From: Acidobacteriota bacterium
GTDB lineage: Bacteria > Acidobacteriota > Vicinamibacteria > Vicinamibacterales > UBA2999
Direction: 5' to 3'
NCBI GenBank assembly: GCA_023265015.1
Contig: JAHFUO010000004.1
Coordinates: 13,492-77,491 of the forward strand
Length of the DNA: 64,000 nucleotides
Made by a program: the position numbers and the translations under genes. The notes under the pieces were generated by a model that was not told where the DNA came from, did not search any database, and was given only the letters and a program-made list of their open reading frames with translations. Every line of letters begins with the position of its first letter. Position 1 is the first letter of the stretch. Positions 51,652 to 60,824 of this stretch are shown piece after piece.

Positions 51652-52407
51652 ATGGCGCCAGTGAAATACCGCATCCTCGCCCTCCTCGCCGTGCTCATCG
51701 TCTGTGCTGCAGCCGCGCACGCACAGCAGCCGCTCGGACTCCAGATTGCGAACGGCCGCGTGACGCTGCACGCGCAGAACGTTCCGGTGAGGACGATCCT
51801 CGCCGAGTGGGCGCGGCTGGGCGGCGCGAAGATCGTCAACGGCGATCGAGTCGCCGGCGCGCCGGTCACGCTCGACCTCGAGAATGTTCCCGAACGGCAG
51901 GCGCTCGACATCATCCTGCGCGGCGTGAGCGGCTACATGCTGGCGGCCAGGGATGCAGCTGCATCCGGGGCGTCGATCTACGACCGCATCATGATTCTGC
52001 CCACGAGCGTCGCACCGCGGAATCCTCCCCCGTCCGCGCCCGTCGTCTCGCGCGGGCCCGCTCCCATCATCAGCAGGCCCATTGCCGCGCAGCCCGACGA
52101 TCAGGATGCGGACGACGATCCGCCGCAAGACGTTGCGCCGGGGGACGAGGACGGCGCCCCAATTCCGCGCCCGCTTGTGCTCCCGCGTCCGATCCCAACG
52201 GCGATCGGTGGTGTGGCGCCGATTTCATTGCCTCCCGCGACCGTGGCGCCGAATGACACTCCGCAGCAGACGCCGCCTGCCGTGATCACCACGCCGGGCA
52301 ACCCGTTTGGCATGCCGCCGGGCTCCTCGGGAAGACCTGGCGGTATGACGCCGACGCCCGCGCAGCAGACCGCTCCTCCCCCGCCGAACGCGGGTAATCC
52401 GAACTAG
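51652..52407 (+). CDS. secreted protein with a proline-rich C-terminal half
   Basis: Signal peptide MAPVKYRILALLAVLIVCAAAAHA. A small folded N-domain followed by about 130 aa of low-complexity Pro-rich sequence. Confidence 0.6.
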   Translation: MAPVKYRILALLAVLIVCAAAAHAQQPLGLQIANGRVTLHAQNVPVRTILAEWARLGGAKIVNGDRVAGAPVTLDLENVPERQALDIILRGVSGYMLAARDAAASGASIYDRIMILPTSVAPRNPPPSAPVVSRGPAPIISRPIAAQPDDQDADDDPPQDVAPGDEDGAPIPRPLVLPRPIPTAIGGVAPISLPPATVAPNDTPQQTPPAVITTPGNPFGMPPGSSGRPGGMTPTPAQQTAPPPPNAGNPN

Positions 52408-52420
52408 GGGCCCCGGGCTC

Positions 52421-53464
52421 GTGTCAGAGATCGATCGCTTCCGGCCAGACGACCGGCGCGGCGTCGATACGTTGTATCGCCGCACGCACGGCGCTGATGC
52501 CGCCAACGCCCTGCGCCTTCGCTGGGACTGGCAGCATCGCCGCAATCCGTACAACCAGACGGGCCAGCCCGAGATCTGGGTTGCGCGCGAAGGACCGACG
52601 GTTGTCGGCCACTACTCGACGCTTCCCGTCCGCGTGTCGATCAAGGGCATCGAGGTCGAAGGCGCGTGGGGCAGCGACGCGATGGTGGCGCCCGAGCGCC
52701 GCCGCCAGGGGATCGGTGAAGCGCTCGTGCGCACGTGGGATCGCAACAGCGGCGCGGTGCTCGCCCTCGGCGCGACAACGGACGGGCGGAAGCTGCTCGA
52801 TCGCCTGCACTGGCCCGACGCGCACATTGTTCCGTGCCTCGTGAAGCCGCTGACGCGGCGGGCGGTGCGGCTGCCGCAGTGGCCGGGGCCGATCAACCGT
52901 CTCGTCTCGGCGCTCGCGTGGCCGGTCGTCCACGTGGTCTCGCGCTCGCGCCCGCTGCGCGCCGAGTGCGAACCGGTCCGCCGCTTTGATTCCTCGTTCA
53001 CCGCGCTCTGGGAACGGCTCGCGCCGAAGTTCGATCTCGCTGTGCGGCGCGACGCGTCGTATCTCAACTGGCGATACATCGAGCCGCCGCACGTCCGCTA
53101 TTCGGTCGTCGCGCTGAAGCGGCAAGGCGAAATCCACGGCTACGCCGTCTACCGCCATCGGCACGAGCCGCTGGGCCGCGTCACGCTGCTCGTCGACTTC
53201 CTCGCCGATCCGGACGATGTGGCGGGGATGAAGACGCTGCTGCGGTGGGTCGATCGAGCGGCGCGGGCGGAGGATTCCGACAAGGTGCGGGCGTACGCGA
53301 TGAACGGACCGTTCCGCCGCGCGCTCCGCCGCAACGGCTACTTCGCGGTGAAGTCGACGCTCGAGGTCAGCGTCAAGGTCAACGCCGTGCAGGTGCCAAA
53401 AGGGTTCTACGACGAGACGGCCAAGTGGCACGTCACGTACGGCGATTCGGATCAAGATCATTAA
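52421..53464 (+). CDS. GNAT-family N-acetyltransferase
   Basis: VAPERRRQGIGEAL (acetyl-CoA motif A) within a 347-aa two-domain protein. Confidence 0.65.
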   Translation: MSEIDRFRPDDRRGVDTLYRRTHGADAANALRLRWDWQHRRNPYNQTGQPEIWVAREGPTVVGHYSTLPVRVSIKGIEVEGAWGSDAMVAPERRRQGIGEALVRTWDRNSGAVLALGATTDGRKLLDRLHWPDAHIVPCLVKPLTRRAVRLPQWPGPINRLVSALAWPVVHVVSRSRPLRAECEPVRRFDSSFTALWERLAPKFDLAVRRDASYLNWRYIEPPHVRYSVVALKRQGEIHGYAVYRHRHEPLGRVTLLVDFLADPDDVAGMKTLLRWVDRAARAEDSDKVRAYAMNGPFRRALRRNGYFAVKSTLEVSVKVNAVQVPKGFYDETAKWHVTYGDSDQDH

Positions 53465-53917
53465 ATGCCGCTTCTGCGCGATCAGGTGAACAGCGATATC
53501 ACGGCGGCCATGAAGGTCAAGGACGCCCCCCGCCTCTCGGCGCTCCGGATGCTCAAGGCCGCCATCATCAACAAGGGCGTCGAGAAGGGGCACGACCTCG
53601 ATGACGCCGAGGTGCTGCAGGTCGTGTCGTCGCTCGTCAAGCAGCGGCGCGACTCCATCGAGCAGTTTTCGAAGGCAGGCCGGACCGACCTGGTCGACAA
53701 GGAGACGGCCGAGATTGGCGTGCTCGAGCACTATCTTCCGCCCGCTGCGTCCGCCGAGGAGATCGACGCCGCGGTCACCGCCGCCATCGCCGAGACCGGC
53801 GCCAGCTCGCCGAAGGACATGGGCAAGGTGATGAAGGCGGTGATGCCGCGCCTGGCGGGCAAGAACGCGGATGGCCGCGCCGTGAACGAAACGGTCCGCC
53901 GCAAGCTTGGAGCCTAG
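53465..53917 (+). CDS. GatB/YqeY domain protein
   Basis: 150 aa. MK.KD..RLSALR.LK.A... and GKVMKAVM pattern. Confidence 0.8.
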   Translation: MPLLRDQVNSDITAAMKVKDAPRLSALRMLKAAIINKGVEKGHDLDDAEVLQVVSSLVKQRRDSIEQFSKAGRTDLVDKETAEIGVLEHYLPPAASAEEIDAAVTAAIAETGASSPKDMGKVMKAVMPRLAGKNADGRAVNETVRRKLGA

Positions 53918-55502
53918 CTCTCCTCTGCAATCAGACGCGCTCGCGCGCTCCGCCGCGGCGGCCGGAGCCGCCACGATGACCAGCCGCGTCCTCGGCCTGG
54001 TCCGCGATCAGGTCCTGGCATCGCTGTTCGGCGCGGGGAACGCCATGGACGCGTTCAACGTCGCGTTCCGCATTCCCAATCTCGTGCGCGATCTCTTCGC
54101 CGAAGGCGCGATGAGCGCGGCGTTCGTGCCGGCCTTTACGCGGCAACTGACGACCGGCGGACAGGCGTCCGCCTGGCGTCTCGGCAACAACGTGATCAAT
54201 GCGCTCCTCGTCGTCACCGCGCTGCTCGTCCTCCTCGGCATCGTCTTCGCGCGTCCGCTGGTCGGCGCGTTCGCCGGCGATTACGCGCTCGTGCCCGGCA
54301 AGCTCGAGCTCACCGTACTGCTCACGCGGATCATGCTGCCGTTCCTGACGCTCGTCGCGATCGCGGCCGCGCTCATGGGCATGCTGAACTCGCTCCACCT
54401 GTTCTTCATCCCGGCGCTGGCGCCCGCGATGTTCAACGTCGCCACGATCGTGTGCGCGCTCGTTCTCGTGCCGCTGATGCCGCGCATCGGCTGGCCGCCC
54501 ATTACGGCGATCGCCATCGGCACGCTGGTCGGCGGCCTGGCGCAGGTGTCGCTGCAGTGGCCGCTGCTGCGCCGCCAGGGATTCTCGTACTCGCCGTTCC
54601 TCGACTGGCGGCAGGAGGGGCTGCACCGCGTGCTCGTGCTGATGGGTCCCGGCACGATCGGCCTCGCCGCCACGCAGGTGAACGTGTTCGTGAACACGGT
54701 GCTGGCAACCGGCGAAGGCACCGGCGCGGTGTCGTGGCTGAACTACGCGTTCAGGCTGATGTATCTGCCGACGGGTCTGTTTGGCGTCTCGATCGCGACG
54801 GCGACCGTGCCCGCGGTGTCGCGCCATGCGGCGCGCGGAGACAGCGGCGCCGTGCGCGGGACGCTGGCCGACGGCCTCTCGCTGATGCTGATGCTGAACG
54901 TCCCGGCGACGATCGGGCTGATCGCGCTGGCGACGCCGATCGTGCGCGTGATCTTCGAGCGCCGCGCATTCCTGCCCTCGGACACGGCGGCGACCGCATC
55001 GGCGCTTCAGTGCTATGCGATCGGGCTGCTCGGCTACTCGATCGTGAGAATCGCGTCGCCCACGTTCTATGCGCTGGGCGACAGCCGGACGCCCGTGACG
55101 ATCAGCATCGCGGCGGTCATCTCGAACGCGGCGTTGAACCTCGTGCTCGTCCGCGTGCTCGGGTATCGCGGCCTGGCGCTGGGGACATCCATCGCCGCGC
55201 TTTTCAATGCGGGCGCGCTGCTGCTCGTGCTCCATCGCCGGCTCGATGGGCTGGACGATCGTCGTCTTTTCGGCTCGTTCGCCAGGATTGTTTTGGCTTC
55301 TCTCCTGATGGGAGCGGCCGCGCTGGCAGTCGACCGCGCGCTCGCGACGTGGATGCCGGGCGACGCGTTCCTGATACAAGCGGTGCGCCTGCTTGCGACG
55401 ATCGGAGCCGCGCTGGCCGTCCTCGCGCTCGCCGCCCATTTGTTGAACATTCGTGAATTCCGGGAAGGCGTCGCGCTGATTGCGCGGCGCGGTCAGTTGT
55501 AA
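53907..55502 (+). CDS. murJ: lipid II flippase MurJ
   Basis: TSRVLGLVRDQVLASLFGAG...DAFNVAFRIPNLVRDLFAEGA. About 14 TM segments. The TTG start is tentative. Confidence 0.85.
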   Translation: MEPSSPLQSDALARSAAAAGAATMTSRVLGLVRDQVLASLFGAGNAMDAFNVAFRIPNLVRDLFAEGAMSAAFVPAFTRQLTTGGQASAWRLGNNVINALLVVTALLVLLGIVFARPLVGAFAGDYALVPGKLELTVLLTRIMLPFLTLVAIAAALMGMLNSLHLFFIPALAPAMFNVATIVCALVLVPLMPRIGWPPITAIAIGTLVGGLAQVSLQWPLLRRQGFSYSPFLDWRQEGLHRVLVLMGPGTIGLAATQVNVFVNTVLATGEGTGAVSWLNYAFRLMYLPTGLFGVSIATATVPAVSRHAARGDSGAVRGTLADGLSLMLMLNVPATIGLIALATPIVRVIFERRAFLPSDTAATASALQCYAIGLLGYSIVRIASPTFYALGDSRTPVTISIAAVISNAALNLVLVRVLGYRGLALGTSIAALFNAGALLLVLHRRLDGLDDRRLFGSFARIVLASLLMGAAALAVDRALATWMPGDAFLIQAVRLLATIGAALAVLALAAHLLNIREFREGVALIARRGQL

Positions 55503-55514
55503 CACACTGGACCG

Positions 55515-56270
55515 ATGCGATCGCGGTACTCCTCCTCGGCGTCACACTTCGCCTACTCCTTCGGGCCCGGTCCGCTCACGCCGGCGATCAAGGCGATCGT
55601 GGTGACCAACGTCGCGGCGTTCGTGATGACCCTGATCGTTCCCGCGATCACGCTCTATCTCGGCCTCCGTCCCGCCGATATCGTCGGCCGGCTGCACGTG
55701 TGGCAGCCGATCACCTACATGTTCCTGCACGCGGGAATTTTTCACATCCTCTTCAACATGCTCGCGCTCTGGATGTTCGGCGTGGAGCTGGAGCGGACGT
55801 GGGGCAGCCGGTTCTTCCTGGAGTACTACTTCGTCTGCGGCGCCGGCGCGGCCATGACGACGATGGTGCTGTCGTTTGTGCCGGGGAGCTTCGGCCAGGA
55901 GCTGTATACCTCGCTGACGATCGGCGCGTCGGGCGCGGTCTACGGCGTGCTGCTCGCCTACGCGATGTATTTTCCGAATCGCCCCATCTACATGTACTTC
56001 GTGTTCCCGATTCCGGCGAAGTACTTCGTGGCGATCATCGGCGCAATCTCGCTGCTGTCGTCCATGAGCGGGCCCGGCGGCGGCATCGCGCACACCACGC
56101 ATCTCGGCGGGCTGCTGGCGGGGTATCTCTACCTGAAGCGCGGCCGCATCCACGTCCTCTCCCAGATCAAGTACCGCTACGTGAAGTGGCGCATCAACCG
56201 GGTGCGCCGGCGCTTCGATGTCTACTCAGGCGGCCGCGGGGAGAAAGATGTCGATCGAAGGGTGCACTAA
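55515..56270 (+). CDS. rhomboid-family intramembrane serine protease
   Basis: HAGIFHILFNM, GASGAVYGVL and AHTTHLGG. Confidence 0.85.
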   Translation: MRSRYSSSASHFAYSFGPGPLTPAIKAIVVTNVAAFVMTLIVPAITLYLGLRPADIVGRLHVWQPITYMFLHAGIFHILFNMLALWMFGVELERTWGSRFFLEYYFVCGAGAAMTTMVLSFVPGSFGQELYTSLTIGASGAVYGVLLAYAMYFPNRPIYMYFVFPIPAKYFVAIIGAISLLSSMSGPGGGIAHTTHLGGLLAGYLYLKRGRIHVLSQIKYRYVKWRINRVRRRFDVYSGGRGEKDVDRRVH

Positions 56271-56273
56271 TCT

Positions 56274-56747
56274 TCATTTCCGATTGCGATCGAAGCTCAA
56301 TGGGAGCTGCGACCCGCTGATCGCGAGCGCGAGCAACCCGCCGAGCACCGGCAGGGCCTTTCCATCCCTCAGGAAGTCAGGCGCCCAGAACCCGCTCGTT
56401 GCGAAGTGGAAGTTCAGCACCATCAGGAACGCCAGGATGGCGGCCATGCGCGTCCAGAAGCCGGCGATCAGCGCGATGCCGGTACAGAACTCGCCGATGG
56501 GAACGAGGCGCGCGAAGATCGGTGCGCCGGGAATGCAGACCGTTTCCAGGTACCACCGCGCGCTCGGCGACGCGGTCGGCAGCCACTGTTGAAACATCTG
56601 AAGCAGGATGCTGCTGTCGACGAACCACGCGGTCTTGCTGAAGCTCATCGCGATGAAGAACACGCCGAGCATGACGGCGAGGATGCGCAGCCCGAACGCG
56701 CCCGTCGCGCCGCCGCCCGCCCCGCGCGCCCTCGCCTGCGTCGCCAT
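56274..56747 (-). CDS. DoxX-family membrane protein
   Basis: Four hydrophobic segments in a DoxX-like layout. ATG at 56747 overlaps the cupin stop by 1 nt. Confidence 0.6.
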   Translation of the reverse strand: MATQARARGAGGGATGAFGLRILAVMLGVFFIAMSFSKTAWFVDSSILLQMFQQWLPTASPSARWYLETVCIPGAPIFARLVPIGEFCTGIALIAGFWTRMAAILAFLMVLNFHFATSGFWAPDFLRDGKALPVLGGLLALAISGSQLPLSFDRNRK

Positions 56748-57127
56748 TAGGGGTTGTCCTCGCCGGCGGCATCGACCCACTCAGAACGGATCGGGCTGAA
56801 CACGTCGAGCTCCAGCGTGTCTTCGAGCGCCTCGGCCTGGTGCGGCGTGCGGGCGGGAATGTGCAGGACCTCGCCCTCCCGCACCGTGATCTCTTCCCCG
56901 CTGATGAGAAACCTGAGCGCGCCCTGGAGGATGTAGGTCATTTGCTCGCTTTCGTGCGCGTGCATCGGCACGAGGGCGCCGCGTTTCAGGTAGATCTGCG
57001 CGAGCATCTCGCGCTCGCCCGACACGATCTTGCGCGAGATCATCTCCGTGACCTTCTCGAGCGCGATCTCATCCCATCGATGGAGGCGGATCTGGGCAGG
57101 CATGCGGGGGCTCCACGAGTGTGCCAT
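56747..57127 (-). CDS. cupin-domain protein
   Basis: [16 protein letters not shown]...I.GEE..V..GEVLHIP...PH (two-His cupin motifs). The start is 57127 or 57103. Confidence 0.7.
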   Translation of the reverse strand: MAHSWSPRMPAQIRLHRWDEIALEKVTEMISRKIVSGEREMLAQIYLKRGALVPMHAHESEQMTYILQGALRFLISGEEITVREGEVLHIPARTPHQAEALEDTLELDVFSPIRSEWVDAAGEDNP

Positions 57128-57139
57128 AATTTTTCGGCC

Positions 57140-59296
57140 ATGAAGGGCTCGACCCTCACCAACGGCGCGGAGACTCGCGCCGCGGGGGCGGCGAAATCGC
57201 GGGGCTCCGCGCACGAGGGACGGAGCGGCGATGAACTACTCGACGCCTACCGCCTGATGCTCCTGTCACGGAAGATCGATGACAAGGAGATTCAACTCAA
57301 GAACCAGAGCCTGGCGTTCTTCCAGATCAGCGGCGCGGGGCACGAGGCGATTCTCATCGCCGCCGGGAAAAGCCTGCGCCCGGGCCATGACTGGTTCCTG
57401 ACCTACTACCGAGACCGCGCGCTCGCGCTGACGCTCGGCGTCACGCCGCTCGAGATGCTGCTGGGATCGGTGGGCGCGAAGACGGATCCCTCGTCTGGGG
57501 GACGGCAGATGCCGTCGCACTGGTCGAACCCGAGGCTTCATATCCCGTCCGCGAGCAGCGCAGTGGCGACGCAGTGCCTGCACGGGATCGGCTGCGCCGA
57601 GGCCGGCCGCATCTATGAGCGGGTCGAGGCCATTCCCGATCGCCTCTCGAAGTTTCAACGCGACGAGGTCACGCTGATCACGATCGGCGAGGGCTCGACG
57701 AGCGAAGGCGAGTTCTGGGAGTCGCTGAACACGGCGTGCACGCGCAAGCTGCCCGTCCTGTACCTCATCGAAGACAACGGCTACGCGATCTCGACGCCGG
57801 TGGAGGTGCAGACGCCCGGCGGCGATCTCTCGCGCATCGTCGAGCACTTCCCGGGGCTGCAGGTTTTCCGGTGCGACGGCACCGACTACATCGCGAGCGT
57901 CCGCACGATGCGCGACGCCGTGGCGCACGTGCGCGAACGCATGGGCCCGGCGCTCGTGCACGCGACGGTGATCCGGCCGTACTCGCACTCGCTCTCGGAC
58001 GACGAGAAGCTGTACAAGACGCCGGAGGAGCGCGAGGCGGAAGCGCGTCGCGATCCGATCGCGCGCATGCGACAGCTGCTGATTGCCGAAGGGCTCGCCA
58101 CCGAGGACGAGCTCGCGGAGCTGCTCGCGTCGGTCGAGCGCGAGGTGAACGACGCCGCCCGCGAGGCGATCGCGGCGCCGAAGCCCGATCCGGACACGGC
58201 GGCGCAGTACGTGTTCTCGCCGGATGTCGATCCCTCGTCTTCGCGGTTTGCAACCGAGCCGACACTATCGGGGACACCCGACACGATGGTGGCCGCGATC
58301 AATGCGACGCTCCGGGACGAGATGGCGCGCGACCCGAGCATCGTCCTCTTCGGGCAGGACGTGGCGGACGCGAGCCGCGAGGACGCGCTGGCGAAAGTGG
58401 CGGGCAAGGGCGGCGTCTTCAAGGTGACGCATGGCCTGCAGAAGCTGTACGGCAGCGAGCGTGTCTTCAACTCGCCGCTCGCCGAAGCCAACATCATCGG
58501 CCGCGCCGTCGGCATGGCGCTGCGCGGCGTGAAGCCGGTCGTCGAGATCCAGTTCTTCGACTACATCTGGCCGGGATACATGCAGCTTCGCGACGAGATG
58601 GCGATGATGCGCTACCGGTCGAACAACGGGTGGTCGTGCCCGATCGTTGTGCGTGTGCCGATCGGCGGGTACCTGCGCGGCGGCGCGCCGTATCACAGCC
58701 AGTCGGGCGTCGGCATCTTCGCGCACTGCCCCGGGATCCGGATCGCGTTCCCATCGAACGCGCGCGACGCCGCAGGCCTGCTTCGCACCGCGATCCGCAG
58801 CGACGACCCGGTGATGTTTTTCGAGCACAAGCATCTGTACCGGCAGACGTACAACAAGTCCGAGTACCCGGGCCCCGACTACATGGTGCCGTTCGGCAGG
58901 GCCGCGGTGGTCCGCGAGGGACGCGACCTCGTCGTCTTTACGTGGGGCGCGCTGGTGCAGCGCTCGCTCGTGGCCGCGCTGCAGGCCGAGAAGGATGGCG
59001 TCAGCGTGGCGATCGTGGATCTGCGGACGATCGTCCCGCTGGATTGGGACACCATTGCCGGATACACGACGAAGACGAACCGCGTGATCGTCGCGCACGA
59101 GGATCAGATGACGGCAGGCTTTGGCGGCGAGATTGCGTCGCGCATCGGCCAGGAGCTGTTCGAGCATCTCGACGCGCCGGTGACGCGCGTCGCGGCGCTC
59201 GACTGCCCGGTCGCCTACGCGCCGGTGCTCGAGGAAGTGATCCTCCCCGGGTCTGCCGAGATCCTGAAGGCGATTCGGTCCGTCGCCGCCTATTAG
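57140..59296 (+). CDS. fused alpha/beta E1 component of a 2-oxoacid (branched-chain/pyruvate-type) dehydrogenase, TPP-dependent
   Basis: 718 aa. The alpha part has [15 protein letters not shown]. The beta part has [11 protein letters not shown] and [12 protein letters not shown]. Only the part of the 818-aa ORF from ATG 57140 is accepted. Confidence 0.85.
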   Translation: MKGSTLTNGAETRAAGAAKSRGSAHEGRSGDELLDAYRLMLLSRKIDDKEIQLKNQSLAFFQISGAGHEAILIAAGKSLRPGHDWFLTYYRDRALALTLGVTPLEMLLGSVGAKTDPSSGGRQMPSHWSNPRLHIPSASSAVATQCLHGIGCAEAGRIYERVEAIPDRLSKFQRDEVTLITIGEGSTSEGEFWESLNTACTRKLPVLYLIEDNGYAISTPVEVQTPGGDLSRIVEHFPGLQVFRCDGTDYIASVRTMRDAVAHVRERMGPALVHATVIRPYSHSLSDDEKLYKTPEEREAEARRDPIARMRQLLIAEGLATEDELAELLASVEREVNDAAREAIAAPKPDPDTAAQYVFSPDVDPSSSRFATEPTLSGTPDTMVAAINATLRDEMARDPSIVLFGQDVADASREDALAKVAGKGGVFKVTHGLQKLYGSERVFNSPLAEANIIGRAVGMALRGVKPVVEIQFFDYIWPGYMQLRDEMAMMRYRSNNGWSCPIVVRVPIGGYLRGGAPYHSQSGVGIFAHCPGIRIAFPSNARDAAGLLRTAIRSDDPVMFFEHKHLYRQTYNKSEYPGPDYMVPFGRAAVVREGRDLVVFTWGALVQRSLVAALQAEKDGVSVAIVDLRTIVPLDWDTIAGYTTKTNRVIVAHEDQMTAGFGGEIASRIGQELFEHLDAPVTRVAALDCPVAYAPVLEEVILPGSAEILKAIRSVAAY

Positions 59297-59307
59297 AAGG
59301 AGCGAGG

Positions 59308-60339
59308 GTGCGATTCGCGTTTCGCGCCCTCGCTTTCCTCTTTCTCCTGTTCATCGCGTCCGGCGCACAACCCGGCGCCGCAATCCGTGTCGACATTCTG
59401 CGCTCGGTTGGCGGGCTGCCGCCGCACGTCGCCGGTCTGTTCGAAGAGCCCGCCGCCTTCCAGCAGGCGGCAAGCGGCTACTACTTCGTCTTCGATCGCC
59501 GCGGCCACGCGGTGTACCTGGTCGACCCCGATCGCGCGAACGCACGGCGTGTTGTCGAGATCGGAGAGGAGCCGGGACGGATCATTCAGCCGAGCGGCTT
59601 CGATCTCGCCGCCGACGGATCGTTTGTCGTCGCCGATGTCCCGCGGGGGCAGGAGCGGATCCAGATCTTCGGCCCCGGCGCGCTGCGGACCGGCGGCTTC
59701 TTCATCGCGGGACGCGCGAGACCGCAGATTATCTTCGGCAACTTCGCGCTCAGCGGTATCTCGTCGCTGCAGTACACGGGAGACTCGGTGCTCGTCAGCG
59801 AGCCAGAGCACGACGGGCTGATCACCGAGTACTCCGCGGCCGGCGCCGCACGCCGGATCATCGGCAGGCTGCGGGACACCGGATACGACCAGGAGCCCGA
59901 CCTGCACCTGGCGATGAACACCGGCCTTCCGCTCGTCGACCCGACCGGCGGGTTCTTCTACGTCTTCGTGACCGGCCAGCCGATGTTCCGCAAGTACGAC
60001 GCGACCGGACGACTGCTCTTCGAGCGCCACATCGAAGGACGGGAGATCGATGATCTGCTTGCGGCGCAGCCGAAGAAGTGGCCGACGCGGCGCGTCGAGG
60101 ATCGCGAGGTGCCGTTCGTCCAGCCGCTGATTCGCGCGGCCGCCGTCGACCCGCAGGGGCAGCTCTGGATCTCGATGGCCGTCCCGTACACCTACGTCTA
60201 CGACGCGCAGGGAGACAAGGCGCGCACGGTCCAGTTCAGCGCCGCGGGAATCATCAGCCCCACGAGCCTGTTCTTCACGCGCACCGGGCGAATCCTGGTG
60301 ACGCCCGGCTGCTACGAATTCGATCCGGATAGGCGTTAG
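59308..60339 (+). CDS. secreted beta-propeller-like (NHL-type?) protein
   Basis: GTG start preceded by GAAGGAG. Signal peptide VRFAFRALAFLFLLFIASGA. Repeated strand-rich blocks. Function unknown. Confidence 0.55.
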   Translation: MRFAFRALAFLFLLFIASGAQPGAAIRVDILRSVGGLPPHVAGLFEEPAAFQQAASGYYFVFDRRGHAVYLVDPDRANARRVVEIGEEPGRIIQPSGFDLAADGSFVVADVPRGQERIQIFGPGALRTGGFFIAGRARPQIIFGNFALSGISSLQYTGDSVLVSEPEHDGLITEYSAAGAARRIIGRLRDTGYDQEPDLHLAMNTGLPLVDPTGGFFYVFVTGQPMFRKYDATGRLLFERHIEGREIDDLLAAQPKKWPTRRVEDREVPFVQPLIRAAAVDPQGQLWISMAVPYTYVYDAQGDKARTVQFSAAGIISPTSLFFTRTGRILVTPGCYEFDPDRR

Positions 60340-60469
60340 ACACCGCGTTGATGCTCGGCGGCATCAGGCTGTTCGAGCGCGAATCGATTCGCACGCGTTG
60401 GAAGCAGAGGGTGGAGTTGAGACTGGATCGAACAGGTCAGTGCCCGAGAGGGGACGGCCGAAGACGACT

Positions 60470-60775
60470 TCAGGGTAAGGACTTGGAACTATTGATCGTC
60501 GCGAATGTACGTTCCTCTCTGTTTGCCCGCACCCAATTCAGAATCGCCCGTGCCGTCTGTCTCGCAAAGGTTGCTGAGCCGGCAGCGGAACGACCGCTCG
60601 CTTCAGCAAGGATCGCTCTGGCTATCTCTTGCGAGCGGGGTTTTAGCTTCTTGACGAGTCGGTCTACTCTCGGGTCAGCTGACTGCGGATTTTCAGCAAT
60701 CGACGCGAGAATTCCAATGTCGTCCGGATCCAGGACATGCATCTTGTCTAGTTTTACGGAACCTTCGAGGACCAT
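60470..60775 (-). CDS. hypothetical small protein (101 aa) in the low-GC island
   Basis: ORF downstream of the CN-hydrolase-like gene on the same strand. ATG 60775, or GTG 60850 with a 26-nt overlap. No recognised motif. Confidence 0.45.
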   Translation of the reverse strand: MVLEGSVKLDKMHVLDPDDIGILASIAENPQSADPRVDRLVKKLKPRSQEIARAILAEASGRSAAGSATFARQTARAILNWVRANREERTFATINSSKSLP

Positions 60776-60824
60776 GCTATTCCGACCGATCCAATGAGTC
60801 AACCGCGAAGGCCCACAGCAAAAC

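Noticed and set aside
57736-59307. 5' part of the 867-aa ORF 57736-60339.
   Set aside because: It is an alternative frame across the E1 dehydrogenase gene. Credible coding sequence begins at GTG 59308, which has a GAAGGAG RBS and a signal peptide.
60348-60797. 149-aa plus-strand ORF in the low-GC island.
   Set aside because: It lies antisense to the 101/126-aa minus-strand ORF and is rich in Arg/Ser/Leu. The minus-strand ORF is co-directional with the large gene and looks more protein-like. The choice remains uncertain.
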